A stretch of DNA of 64,000 nucleotides from a virus (lineage: Duplodnaviria > Caudoviricetes). The stretch covers positions 1 through 64,000 of IMG/VR virus record IMGVR_UViG_3300028797_000010. One strand, 5' to 3'. The position numbers and the translations under genes are program-made. Numbering within the stretch: the stretch's first letter is position 1; the number at the start of each line of letters is the position of its first letter. Positions 8,885-17,974 of this stretch are shown piece after piece. Under the pieces are notes generated by a model. It searched no databases. It was given only the letters and a program-made list of their open reading frames with translations, and was not told where the DNA came from.

Positions 8885-9400
8885 AAAACGGATGAGGGCC
8901 GTTTCAAAAACCTCACACCGACACAGGCACCAGCGGGGAGCAACAAGCGAGGTATATGTTGAAACAATACGAACACGGGAGCCGCGAGGCCGACGTGTTA
9001 AAACTCAGTCACGTTAACGATTAAACGGGCACGGTTGCAACGGCCACGGACGGCAGTCAGATAAACGGTCTATGGCGGGCGCAATAAGTTGGCAACAACT
9101 GCACGGTGATTAAATGCTTTAGCTTATTGATACGGACGTGGCGAGGCGTGGGAAAGGGGACGTTTTAAAGTTTTCACGTCAGGGAAAAACGCAGGGCACG
9201 GTGAAACGTGGCCGACAAACGAAACGCGGTAATTATAGACGATAACAACAAAGGAAAAATAAAACGATTGATTGAACGTGTTATAATGTTATATAGCGGT
9301 AATTTCGACAAAGCGGAGTATCTTTAGAAAACACTGGAGATGAGGGTGAGGCCATTCCCCGTTGCTTCAGCTTAAACAATAAATAACAAACAGGAATGGA
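8885..9400 (+). ncRNA. Candidate large structured non-coding RNA
   Basis: Starts just after the promoter; ORF-free and GC-richer than its flanks; several hairpins with GNRA loops; possible long-range pairing CCTCAC (8911) / GTGAGG (9346). Confidence 0.5.
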
Positions 9401-9483
9401 CGGATTTATTTATATCTTATTTTTCTTTGGGTATGATATACACCAAACAACAAAGTATATCACAATCAATAAAACGATATAAG

Positions 9484-9528
9484 GCGACGGGAAACGGAGG
9501 CGCTGGTGACAGTACCGTTTTCCGTCGT
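9484..9528 (+). terminator. Long hairpin (terminator/attenuator-like)
   Basis: GCGACGGGAAACGG / CCGTTTTCCGTCGT 14-bp stem with an inner CTG-GTGA-CAG, followed by a short T run. Confidence 0.4.
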
Positions 9529-9626
9529 TTTCACGGCCAACGTGGTTTATGATTTTTCACGTGGCCACAAAATTAGTGATTTTCAAAACTTATTTTTTAA
9601 CTTAAAAATTTATAGGAGATTTAATT

Positions 9627-11006
9627 ATGATTAAAGTTAAGAACTTAACAACGGGTGAGGTTATCAACATCAGTCAGACAGGCCGCGACAAAGAGACAGG
9701 TCGTATTGTTACAAATGGAACTCCGTCTGCAAAGTTTTTGGCAAAGTACCCGCTTATTTCGACGGGCGAGACGAACGCCGAAGGAGACACGTTTATGGAG
9801 CTTAAAGTGGGCTTCGAGTTATTGACCGGCCAGCGCCGCCGTGCGCCACGAGAGGAGGCACCTGTGACGGAAACTCCGCAAGAGGAGGCGCCCGAGACCG
9901 AGGCCGTACCCGAAACGGAAACGGCCGAGGCACCTGTCGAAATGGAGACCACAATCGAGACCGAGGCCGTCGAGGAGGTAATACCCGAAAAGCCGAAGGC
10001 CAAAAAAGAGCCAAAGAAGGCCAGCACCGTCCCAACTCTTGACGCCGCAGCGCAGGCATTCGCAGCCCTCACACCATTGTTCTCGGGAGTTGAAGCAAAT
10101 GTAACGGCAGCTGTTATGGAGCGTATCCAGCCGTTGGCTGACCGTGTTGAGGCCATTTGTGGCCGTGCTCCACAGACCATAGTACATGTGATAAAAAGCC
10201 CGAAGGGTGAAGTGAAAACCGAGGCGGGCGAGGTGTTCCACGCTAACTTTAATGATGTTTGCAACCGTGTTGCTCGTGGCTCGTGGGTATATCTATATGG
10301 CCCCACGGGAAGCGGTAAGAACGTGATGGCCGAGCAAGTTGCCCGTGCGCTGGGTCTCGCTTTCCACTATCAGGCTCACACGCTCGACAGGTTTGAGCTC
10401 ACAGGATTTATCGACGCCAGCGGCTGCTATCAGCCAACGGAGTTCTATAAAGCATACACCGAGGGAGGCTTATTCATGTTGGACGAGCTTGACGCCTCCG
10501 ACGAAAATGCTCTTGTCACCCTTAACAGTGCATGTAACGGTTACTTTGCTTTCCCGTGTGGGACGGTAAAGCAGCACCCTGACTTCCGTTGTATCGCGGC
10601 AGGTAACACCTGTGGCCGTGGCGGCACGGACGATTATACCGCCCGCCATACTATGGATATTTCAAGCCTCGGCCGTTTTATACCGAGATACCACGGGTAC
10701 TGTAACGAGATAGATATGGCTTCGGCTAACGGTGACGCCGAGCTCGTCGAGTTCGTGCATGCTTTGCGCCGTGTGAAGCGCCAGGTAGGCTGTCAGATTA
10801 TCGCCTCACCCCGACAGATGAAAGAAATCGTTAAGGATATGGCGCAGGAGATTGACCTCACGCAGACGCTTACAGACGTTTTTGGCACATACCTCACTGC
10901 CGACGAGCTAAATATCGTTAAGGATTATCTGCATAATGATGAGGCGCTCGCGGCTGGTAATAAGTATGCGAAAGCATTCAAAAAGGTACAGGCGATTGAA
11001 TACTAA
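9627..11006 (+). CDS. MoxR/CbbQ-NirQ-like AAA+ ATPase with an acidic low-complexity N-terminal region
   Basis: Walker A YGPTGSGKN, Walker B LFMLDELDAS, HPDFRCIAAGNT sensor, and an R-finger-region LGRF. Confidence 0.88.
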   Translation: MIKVKNLTTGEVINISQTGRDKETGRIVTNGTPSAKFLAKYPLISTGETNAEGDTFMELKVGFELLTGQRRRAPREEAPVTETPQEEAPETEAVPETETAEAPVEMETTIETEAVEEVIPEKPKAKKEPKKASTVPTLDAAAQAFAALTPLFSGVEANVTAAVMERIQPLADRVEAICGRAPQTIVHVIKSPKGEVKTEAGEVFHANFNDVCNRVARGSWVYLYGPTGSGKNVMAEQVARALGLAFHYQAHTLDRFELTGFIDASGCYQPTEFYKAYTEGGLFMLDELDASDENALVTLNSACNGYFAFPCGTVKQHPDFRCIAAGNTCGRGGTDDYTARHTMDISSLGRFIPRYHGYCNEIDMASANGDAELVEFVHALRRVKRQVGCQIIASPRQMKEIVKDMAQEIDLTQTLTDVFGTYLTADELNIVKDYLHNDEALAAGNKYAKAFKKVQAIEY

Positions 11007-11063
11007 AACGCCTGCACCTTAATACACTAAAATCATAAAAGCAAACGTATTAATATTATAGCT

Positions 11064-11885
11064 ATGAATTATTTGTTTGAGTCTTTTAATAGCGTGGCAG
11101 ATTTTATCGCCACAATCGACGGACGGCAGGAAAAAGATAACTGGGGTACGTTCTATTCAAGAGAAGAGGGTAGCCGTTGGACGGGGACGGAAAGTTACGA
11201 GGAGGCCACAAAGTTAGCATTATACGGTGACAAAGAGAGCGCTTCAAAGGTGACAAAGAGCCTAAAAAAGATACAGGCCGCGTCAACGAATAGCGAGGAG
11301 CGCGCACAGGCAAAGGTACGCCGCAGTGTTGTTGGCAGCCGTCCCTGCGTGCCTGCCGCCGTACAGGGACACCCGTTAAGTATGTATCGCCGCAACACTA
11401 TTAAAGTGAAAAAGCCTGTAGTTACGGTGTATTATAGTGTATCGTTAAGCGGAGGCGAAAGTGCGGAGCGGCTCGCCACGGCAGGCGCAAAAATGGCACA
11501 GGCCATTCAGACCGTGGAACGAAGCGGCGTGCGTGTTAACCTATACGCGGGAAACACGAGCTGCACCAGTTCGCAGTCAGTTGGTACGTTTGTACGCATT
11601 AAGGACAGTGCAAAGGATTTTGACCTCATGCGTATGGCCTACCCGTTAGTTAATCCTTCGTTTTTTCGCCGTCACTGGTTTCGCTGGGTAGAGACGAAAC
11701 AAGAGCTTATAACATCACAGTGGAAAGGAGGATATGGACGTCCGTTAGACAGGCAAGAGGAAAAGGAGACACTCGAGCGCATGCATGAAAATCTAATAAA
11801 ATGCGATTATCTTTTTACGACGGGGAACGTACTTAATTTGACGGCGGACGAGATAGCCGAGCGCATTCTGGGGAGGGGAAAATAA
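11064..11885 (+). CDS. vWA-like partner of the MoxR ATPase
   Basis: Directly downstream of MoxR; VVTVYYSVSLSG (degenerate MIDAS strand), SGVRVNLY, PSFFRR. Confidence 0.6.
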   Translation: MNYLFESFNSVADFIATIDGRQEKDNWGTFYSREEGSRWTGTESYEEATKLALYGDKESASKVTKSLKKIQAASTNSEERAQAKVRRSVVGSRPCVPAAVQGHPLSMYRRNTIKVKKPVVTVYYSVSLSGGESAERLATAGAKMAQAIQTVERSGVRVNLYAGNTSCTSSQSVGTFVRIKDSAKDFDLMRMAYPLVNPSFFRRHWFRWVETKQELITSQWKGGYGRPLDRQEEKETLERMHENLIKCDYLFTTGNVLNLTADEIAERILGRGK

Positions 11886-12124
11886 ACCTCCCCTAAAAAC
11901 GAGGGTGCAGACGTATAGTAGGGCTGCCCGTTGATACGACGGCTTGCCCTGTCGACTGCGACACAAAGGAGCGAGACCTTTGCGCCCACACTTATTTTAA
12001 AGCGATTTAAACGCATTTCTTTGTTTATGTGGATACGTACACCGTCGGCGTGGTACAAACGTTTTCACGGCCACGGAAACGGCGTTAAAATGAAAGTATT
12101 AACTTAATTATAAGAGGTAACAGA

Positions 12125-12334
12125 ATGGAAAACGTAACTTTTGTATTTTCGTATGGAAAAAGCGAAGCCGAGCACAGCTATTCGCGTGTTACGTCGGACG
12201 CAAAGGAGGCATTTGAAATGTACGTCCGTGGCGGTTTCTATCGTTGCACGTGTTATTTTGATAATCCAAACGGCGGCTCGCGCCCGTGGTGTTTTATAGT
12301 CAAAAACAGGTATCAAATTAAAGATATGATTTAG
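12125..12334 (+). CDS. Small early hypothetical protein
   Basis: ORF preceded by an AT-rich leader and AGAGG. Confidence 0.6.
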   Translation: MENVTFVFSYGKSEAEHSYSRVTSDAKEAFEMYVRGGFYRCTCYFDNPNGGSRPWCFIVKNRYQIKDMI

Positions 12335-12379
12335 ATTGAGTTATTTAGTTTTTAATCAAAAAATTAGGAGGCATTTATT

Positions 12380-12853
12380 ATGAACAAAAAGGAGTTAGAG
12401 GCCGAATTAAAGAACGTTTTCGGCGGAGTTTTAAAAGAAATGAACGGCGCAAATTTAGAGCCCGTTAAGATGTGGCTGGGGCACAAAGTAACTAACGTTT
12501 TCGAATATGGCGCAATCAGCGAGCGCTGTATGGAGCGACAGCTTGCCGAGACGTCAGGGCGTGAACGCAAAACGACGTTTATGAGCGACCTGTCTATCGG
12601 TGAATGGTGCGAGTCGTGGCGTGGTGTTTTTGATACGACACGGCGAGCCATTACTGAGTGGCGTGATAATATAGAATATATAGCCGAGTTCGTGCTTTGC
12701 GTCAACTGGAAGGCGTGGGAACATCATGCTCGCGGGAACGAGAACTGGGCTAAGTTCTACTCGCTACTCTTTGAGGGTGTCCGTGATGTGATGTATGACT
12801 ATTACGAGGGCGACGAAGAAAAAACCTCGTACCTATGGCAGTATCTTGATTAA
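12380..12853 (+). CDS. Hypothetical acidic early protein
   Basis: 157-aa ORF with AGGAGG upstream. Confidence 0.75.
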   Translation: MNKKELEAELKNVFGGVLKEMNGANLEPVKMWLGHKVTNVFEYGAISERCMERQLAETSGRERKTTFMSDLSIGEWCESWRGVFDTTRRAITEWRDNIEYIAEFVLCVNWKAWEHHARGNENWAKFYSLLFEGVRDVMYDYYEGDEEKTSYLWQYLD

Positions 12854-12995
12854 TCCCCTATAAATTAACCCGTGCCCGTGGGCGTGCCGTTGGTGCGTCC
12901 GTGGGTACTTTATAAGGTGACGCTTTTATGACGCTTTTACGGCGATTTAAACTATCAAATATAACGTATTAATTTAACTAATAGGAGATAAAATT

Positions 12996-13232
12996 ATGAA
13001 GCGAATAAGCAAAGCGGACGTGATGGGACGTCTGGAGTATTTTAATGAAGTTGTCGGCGAGGAATATACCGCAGACTATGAAGCGCAGTATGGCGGCTGG
13101 GAGTTGTATCTTGACAACGGACGCCACAGCCGTGGCGCGCTTGGTTTCGACATGCGCAAGAGTACAGCCGAGTTTATGGCTTATATGACTGGTGCGATTA
13201 ACGCTACGTTGGCAATGAAATTTAAATATTAA
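12996..13232 (+). CDS. Small early hypothetical protein
   Basis: 78-aa ORF with AGGAG upstream. Confidence 0.7.
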   Translation: MKRISKADVMGRLEYFNEVVGEEYTADYEAQYGGWELYLDNGRHSRGALGFDMRKSTAEFMAYMTGAINATLAMKFKY

Positions 13233-13239
13233 AGCAACT

Positions 13240-13368
13240 ATGAGTAGAGGAGAGATTTATGCCGCTTATGACGCTATTCTGTCAATGGAGGCGAGTGGTG
13301 ACTACAAAGGAGCCAGCAAGGTGCTCCGCAGTATTAACGCAAAAGCGAATAGGAGGGTAAGAAAATGA
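13240..13368 (+). CDS. Very small hypothetical protein (42 aa)
   Basis: Manual translation MSRGEIYAAYDAIL...RRVRK; ATGA overlap with the next ORF. Confidence 0.5.
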   Translation: MSRGEIYAAYDAILSMEASGDYKGASKVLRSINAKANRRVRK

Positions 13369-13565
13369 AAGATATTCTTAATTATGTAGTATGCAGCGGC
13401 TGCTTGTTAGTGGCCGTTGCTTTGGTTCTAAGCGACTCTTTGTGGTCGCTTGTCGGCTTTGCTTGGTGTGTTGTGTTGTATGCAAGCGGTCTTCGTTTTC
13501 CCGCGTTTTGGCGTCGTTTTTGGCGTTCTAACATAAGGATTCTGCGGTACTTTGACTGCCTATAA
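13365..13565 (+). CDS. Small membrane protein
   Basis: Two hydrophobic segments followed by an Arg/Trp-rich tail. Confidence 0.65.
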   Translation: MKDILNYVVCSGCLLVAVALVLSDSLWSLVGFAWCVVLYASGLRFPAFWRRFWRSNIRILRYFDCL

Positions 13566-13625
13566 TGCGCACGCATGTGTGGCCTATAATAATTAATATA
13601 TATAATTAATAAAGAATAGACTATT

Positions 13626-13937
13626 ATGAGAAAAATCGAGAAGGCTATGTGCGAGGCCGTTAAGTCGCGCAAGTATTTTAAGAGTGGCAACACCGAGGTT
13701 AACGTCCGTCTTGACATGTATGGAATGACGCATGTCGAGGTACGTCTCCACGGCAACATGATTTGGCGTTACAGCGAGGCCGAGGACATGACAGAATTCA
13801 CTTTGGCAAGTAGGGACACGCTAACGACCCGAAGCCGCCTGCGCGCCCTTGGCGTCGATGTGTGTAGCAAGAACAAGCTGTCATACTGTAATGGGCAGAT
13901 GATAAGCAAGAACAAGTGGTACGAGGTAGCAAAATAA
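13626..13937 (+). CDS. Hypothetical early protein
   Basis: EVRLHGNMI...TLTTRSRLRALG, a phage small-protein pattern. Confidence 0.7.
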   Translation: MRKIEKAMCEAVKSRKYFKSGNTEVNVRLDMYGMTHVEVRLHGNMIWRYSEAEDMTEFTLASRDTLTTRSRLRALGVDVCSKNKLSYCNGQMISKNKWYEVAK

Positions 13938-13950
13938 AAGTGGAGGGCTT

Positions 13951-14295
13951 ATGATACATTACACAAGCGAGCTTCTTGGGATGCTTACAATCAAACAAGG
14001 CGAAAGGAAGTACAAGATTCAGATACGGCGGGGGAATTGCCTTGCCGTATTTCTATACGTCTATAAGATAGAGAATCCGAGCGACCCGAAACGGCCTTGG
14101 ATGCACCAGCTTTTCACGTTCTATAATGACGAGTCTCATCTGAAGCGTTGCATCAAAAACCGGGGGTGCATGTTTGATGATAAGGTAGTGTCTATCCGTC
14201 TTAACGTGTATTACAAAGAGTCAATGACGCTTTTGAAGCACATGGCTCGTTGTGGCTACAAGGTGACGTGTTATTATAAAGAACCAAAGAAATAG
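13951..14295 (+). CDS. Hypothetical early protein
   Basis: 114-aa ORF in a tight run. Confidence 0.7.
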   Translation: MIHYTSELLGMLTIKQGERKYKIQIRRGNCLAVFLYVYKIENPSDPKRPWMHQLFTFYNDESHLKRCIKNRGCMFDDKVVSIRLNVYYKESMTLLKHMARCGYKVTCYYKEPKK

Positions 14296-14306
14296 GAGGA
14301 GTAATT

Positions 14307-14726
14307 ATGGAAATGACAATTAACGAGTTTTGTAGTCGCTTTTTAGATGGCGACTTCAACGTACATTCAACAAGAGTTCAAATCGAGGCTGGCTGGTATG
14401 ACTGGTTCTGCCGAGTACATTCATTGCGCCTGAAGACTGAATACCTTGGCAAGAAAGTTGTAAGCATCAAGGATAGCAAAAGGTTTGACGCAAACAAAAC
14501 ATATGTATTCTTCAAGAACAACTGTCCGATGGTCGGGCCTCTTTACGACCAGTTCTCGATTTGTGACATCGAGACGGGCGAAGTATTATTTTGTGCCCAA
14601 CACTTGGAAAAAGGTAGTCATGGCTGCGACCGCGCACACTGGGAGCTTTATGACGCAAAGGTAGGGTTCCGCGACCCTGTTGTTAATGGTGCATGGCGTG
14701 ACGTGGAAAAGTATTTTAAGAACTAA
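14307..14726 (+). CDS. Hypothetical early protein
   Basis: QIEAGWYDWFC...YVFFKNNCPM.GPLYD, a conserved-looking phage protein. Confidence 0.75.
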   Translation: MEMTINEFCSRFLDGDFNVHSTRVQIEAGWYDWFCRVHSLRLKTEYLGKKVVSIKDSKRFDANKTYVFFKNNCPMVGPLYDQFSICDIETGEVLFCAQHLEKGSHGCDRAHWELYDAKVGFRDPVVNGAWRDVEKYFKN

Positions 14727-14851
14727 AAAAATGCGAGATATGGAGTTGATTATAATCATAGGATTCATCGAACTGATTCTTAGTGGCAAAATTTTCAAGA
14801 TGGGAAAATAAAGGTTTTATTTAGTTATTAACGTTTTAAATTTATTGTTTT

Positions 14852-15064
14852 ATGGAAAAGTTTTTTGGTGTTAGTCTTTCACTCGAAGAGTTGATGCGAA
14901 TCACTCATTGCGTCGGTTTTATGGCCTTGTCCGTGCTTATGGACGCAAAAGACATGAACGAAGTCAAAGAATCAAAAGCCTTGTACGATATTCACGGCAA
15001 GCTGGTTGATGCGCTTAATGACGCTTTAAGGATGGTCGAGGAAGAGAAATCAGACGAGGCTTGA
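14852..15064 (+). CDS. Small hypothetical protein
   Basis: 70-aa ORF after an AT-rich leader. Confidence 0.6.
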   Translation: MEKFFGVSLSLEELMRITHCVGFMALSVLMDAKDMNEVKESKALYDIHGKLVDALNDALRMVEEEKSDEA

Positions 15065-15175
15065 TGCTATTATGGTAGGCGGTTTCAAGTTGACCAGTGT
15101 AGCCGTGATGGAAGCGGCAACCGCCACAACAAATGACGAGATTTAATTAACATGTTTCACTAAAATATTATAGTT

Positions 15176-15655
15176 ATGAACTGGGAAGAGTACATGAACA
15201 CGGATGCGTACAGAGAATCGCACCCGAATTGGGACTATCGTCCAAGCATTGAGGAGCAGAAAGAAGACTTGATGCGTAGTTACATTAACGACGTTGACGA
15301 GCATGACAATTGGTTGCGCGAGCACCAGATGATTAAACTTGACAACGGTGAAGCGATTGACCAAATTGAGGACGGCGAGGTCGAAGTCACGGATGACGGA
15401 GATATTCGCCGAGTGATGTATGTATGCGCAAAGACGTGGAACGGCCACCTGACTGGCTTGCTTTGCGTCGGAACATACAAGGAATGCCGCATGAAAATGT
15501 ACGAATACGACCTCGCTTGCCTTCGTAGTGACTATGACTGGGCTTGCGTACTACGTGAAACGTACGAAACAGACGAAGAGCGCGACGCTATTATTGACAG
15601 CTATCGTGAATTGGCGTGCGAGTCTGTTCTTGACTATGACTATGACGAGTATTAA
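15176..15655 (+). CDS. Highly acidic hypothetical protein
   Basis: 159 aa, very Asp/Glu-rich. Confidence 0.75.
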   Translation: MNWEEYMNTDAYRESHPNWDYRPSIEEQKEDLMRSYINDVDEHDNWLREHQMIKLDNGEAIDQIEDGEVEVTDDGDIRRVMYVCAKTWNGHLTGLLCVGTYKECRMKMYEYDLACLRSDYDWACVLRETYETDEERDAIIDSYRELACESVLDYDYDEY

Positions 15656-15674
15656 CAAACAAAACGATAGAACT

Positions 15675-15917
15675 ATGGATAAGTATTTTGTAACTGAGGA
15701 ATGGAACGAATCTGATATCCTTCCTTATGGACGTTGCACCGCGCACGTTACGGCCTACGGGTTGATGACAAAAAGACGTATAAGCGAGTTGAAGTACGCT
15801 ATGAATTGCTACTCACCATACGACTATGCGGACAGTCAAGAGTTTGACACAAAAGAGTCGTACGAATCGTATTTAAAACGCGTAGAGGAAAACGGTGGGA
15901 CTATCACTTACGAATAA
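15675..15917 (+). CDS. Small hypothetical protein
   Basis: Start reassigned to MDKYFVTEE. Confidence 0.6.
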   Translation: MDKYFVTEEWNESDILPYGRCTAHVTAYGLMTKRRISELKYAMNCYSPYDYADSQEFDTKESYESYLKRVEENGGTITYE

Positions 15918-15971
15918 GTGTTAAAGGTCTAAATTAAGGTTAAAGTATTTGTTATATTTAAAATTTAATTG

Positions 15972-15979
15972 TAACTTTG
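15972..15979 (+). promoter_or_regulatory. -7 promoter element (TAACTTTG), 4 nt before the recombinase ATG
   Basis: TTTG...TTTAAAA...gTAACTTTGtggcATG. Confidence 0.65.
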
Positions 15980-15983
15980 TGGC

Positions 15984-16796
15984 ATGAAAAAGTATGTAGC
16001 TTATATTCGTGTATCAACACGGAAACAAGGGGACAGCGGGTTGGGTCTTGAAAGCCAACAAAAGATTTGTGGAGACTTTATCAAGGCGCAAGGCGGTGAA
16101 AATGTTGCTGAGTTTAGAGATGTTGAAAGCGGCACACATCGCGACCGTAGAGGATTGGCCGACGCCATTGCCTATTGTAAAAAGAATGATTGTGCTTTAG
16201 TGTTAGCCAAGCTTGACAGACTGGCACGCGACGTTGAGTTTTGTTTCAAGGTCGTTAACACTGGTATTGAGATACATTTCTGCGATATGCCACAAGTAAA
16301 CACTCTTTTGCTTGGCGTGTTTGCGTCGGTAGCGCAGTACGAGCGCGAGCTTACAAGTGACCGTACAACAAAGGCACTTGCCGCAAAGAAGGCTCGCGGG
16401 GAGAAAACTGGTGGTGCATCCGACAAATGGGCTATGGCATGGGCAAGGAAATCTGACGAGAAGAAAAAACTTGAATATATGGAAAAAGGAAAGCTTAGAA
16501 ATGAAAGATACCTACAGTCACGCGACGTACAGGTATTCTTAAAGGTTCTTAGGAACGTGTTTAAGGACGCTTGTACGGGCGATGACCCGCGTAAATGGGA
16601 TTGGGCTTGTATCAACACCAAGGGCACAAACAAAGACCTTGTGTGGCGTTTGATGGCCGACTACAAGGATATGGACGATACGGGTGCTACGTTCGCACGG
16701 TGGGACTTTACGGAAACGGACGAGAAAAGACGTCAAGTAAAACTCGCGGCGTACATACAGACGATTAGAAAATCATTGAGTTATGGAAAAGAATAA
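15984..16796 (+). CDS. Serine recombinase (resolvase/invertase family)
   Basis: YVAYIRVSTRKQG..GLGLESQ (catalytic Ser), ESG...R..L, LVLAKLDRLARD, VAQYERELTSDRT. Confidence 0.93.
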   Translation: MKKYVAYIRVSTRKQGDSGLGLESQQKICGDFIKAQGGENVAEFRDVESGTHRDRRGLADAIAYCKKNDCALVLAKLDRLARDVEFCFKVVNTGIEIHFCDMPQVNTLLLGVFASVAQYERELTSDRTTKALAAKKARGEKTGGASDKWAMAWARKSDEKKKLEYMEKGKLRNERYLQSRDVQVFLKVLRNVFKDACTGDDPRKWDWACINTKGTNKDLVWRLMADYKDMDDTGATFARWDFTETDEKRRQVKLAAYIQTIRKSLSYGKE

Positions 16797-17298
16797 TATT
16801 ATCTTTGAACATTGGCGAACGTTTGCTGGATTGACCGACGGACGCCAACACGAATACTTTGAAAAGAAGTTAAAGGACGGCCATACCGTGAAATGCGTGT
16901 CCGTGAAAGACGTGTTCACGAGTGACGAGCTTAGAGCGATAAAAACCTATTGCGACATAGAGCCAAAGATGTGCTATCGCACGGCCTACAAGCTAACGAA
17001 CCTTTTCCCCGAACGCGTCAAGTACGTCGAAGGCGAGGTAACGATATTCAACGGTGCGTTAGGCATTGAGCATGCGTGGAACTTGGTGGATGGCGAGCAT
17101 TATGTTGACTTGACGTTTGAATTGGCGTTGGGCGAAGACGTGGCACGAACAAATTATGTGGCATTGGGTGAATACGACTTGCGCACGGTTCGTAACGTCG
17201 CAAGCAAGACAAAGCTGTACGGTGGTGTGTATGATTACCACCACATAAACGAGATTAAGGAAAGGGAACGTAAAACCAAAAACAAGAAAAAGAAATGA
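16783..17298 (+). CDS. Hypothetical protein with a transglutaminase/papain-like C...HAW pattern
   Basis: PKMCYRTA...YVEG...IEHAWNLVDG...DLT. Confidence 0.6.
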   Translation: MEKNNIIFEHWRTFAGLTDGRQHEYFEKKLKDGHTVKCVSVKDVFTSDELRAIKTYCDIEPKMCYRTAYKLTNLFPERVKYVEGEVTIFNGALGIEHAWNLVDGEHYVDLTFELALGEDVARTNYVALGEYDLRTVRNVASKTKLYGGVYDYHHINEIKERERKTKNKKKK

Positions 17299-17489
17299 AG
17301 TTTACGATTGATGTGGACATTACGATGTCTAAGCGGATACACGTCATAGCTGATAGCGAAGACGATGCACGTAGAATCGTGGAGAAAAGATTCCACGAAA
17401 ACCCTTATGATGTGGCCTATGGTTTTGATGCTTACGTAGGACATAAGATTACAAGCGTCACGGTTAATGATTCAAACTTTAAAATTTAA
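17295..17489 (+). CDS. Small hypothetical protein
   Basis: ATGA overlap; HVIADSEDDARR. Confidence 0.65.
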   Translation: MKFTIDVDITMSKRIHVIADSEDDARRIVEKRFHENPYDVAYGFDAYVGHKITSVTVNDSNFKI

Positions 17490-17493
17490 AGAG

Positions 17494-17775
17494 ATGGCAA
17501 AGTGGATTAAGGCTAATGGCGAGGTCATTGAAGTGTCGCCAAAGGACAAGGGTAAGACGTTTTCCCTTAAAGAGTTAAAAGAGTACGTTGGCGGTTGGAT
17601 TGAATGCGTTTACTTGAACCGCCGACAGGTTATGGTCGTTAACGAGGAAGGCAAGCTTCTTAACCTTCCCTATAACGCAATAGCAACGGCGACGTACCAG
17701 TTGGCCACACAGCCAAACGACGATTTCATTGTCGGCGATGCGTTGCTTTGTGAGTATGGCAAGGAAATAGACTAA
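17494..17775 (+). CDS. DUF3846 family protein
   Basis: LKELKEYVGGWIE.V...VNEEGKLLNLPYN.IAT...IVGDALL. Confidence 0.85.
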   Translation: MAKWIKANGEVIEVSPKDKGKTFSLKELKEYVGGWIECVYLNRRQVMVVNEEGKLLNLPYNAIATATYQLATQPNDDFIVGDALLCEYGKEID

Positions 17776-17974
17776 ATTCTTGTTAAAATGCGTTATTTTT
17801 CTTGCATATCACACAAGTATTTTGTTACAAAAACGCAAAGGAACGTTATATAAAGCAAGTTGCAGAAATATATAAAGACAAGATTTCTGAACGTGCTTAT
17901 AATTCTCTCGTCAACTATAAAGTTGAAATAAGCGATTAAATATTATCAAGTTATTAACAATTAAAATTAGTTTT

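Noticed and set aside
8885-8915. Hammerhead ribozyme (GATGAG...GTTTC)
   Set aside because: The CTGATGA and GAAA core elements are not present in the required arrangement
15984-16796. IS607-type transposon around the serine recombinase
   Set aside because: No N-terminal MerR-like HTH and no adjacent tnpB
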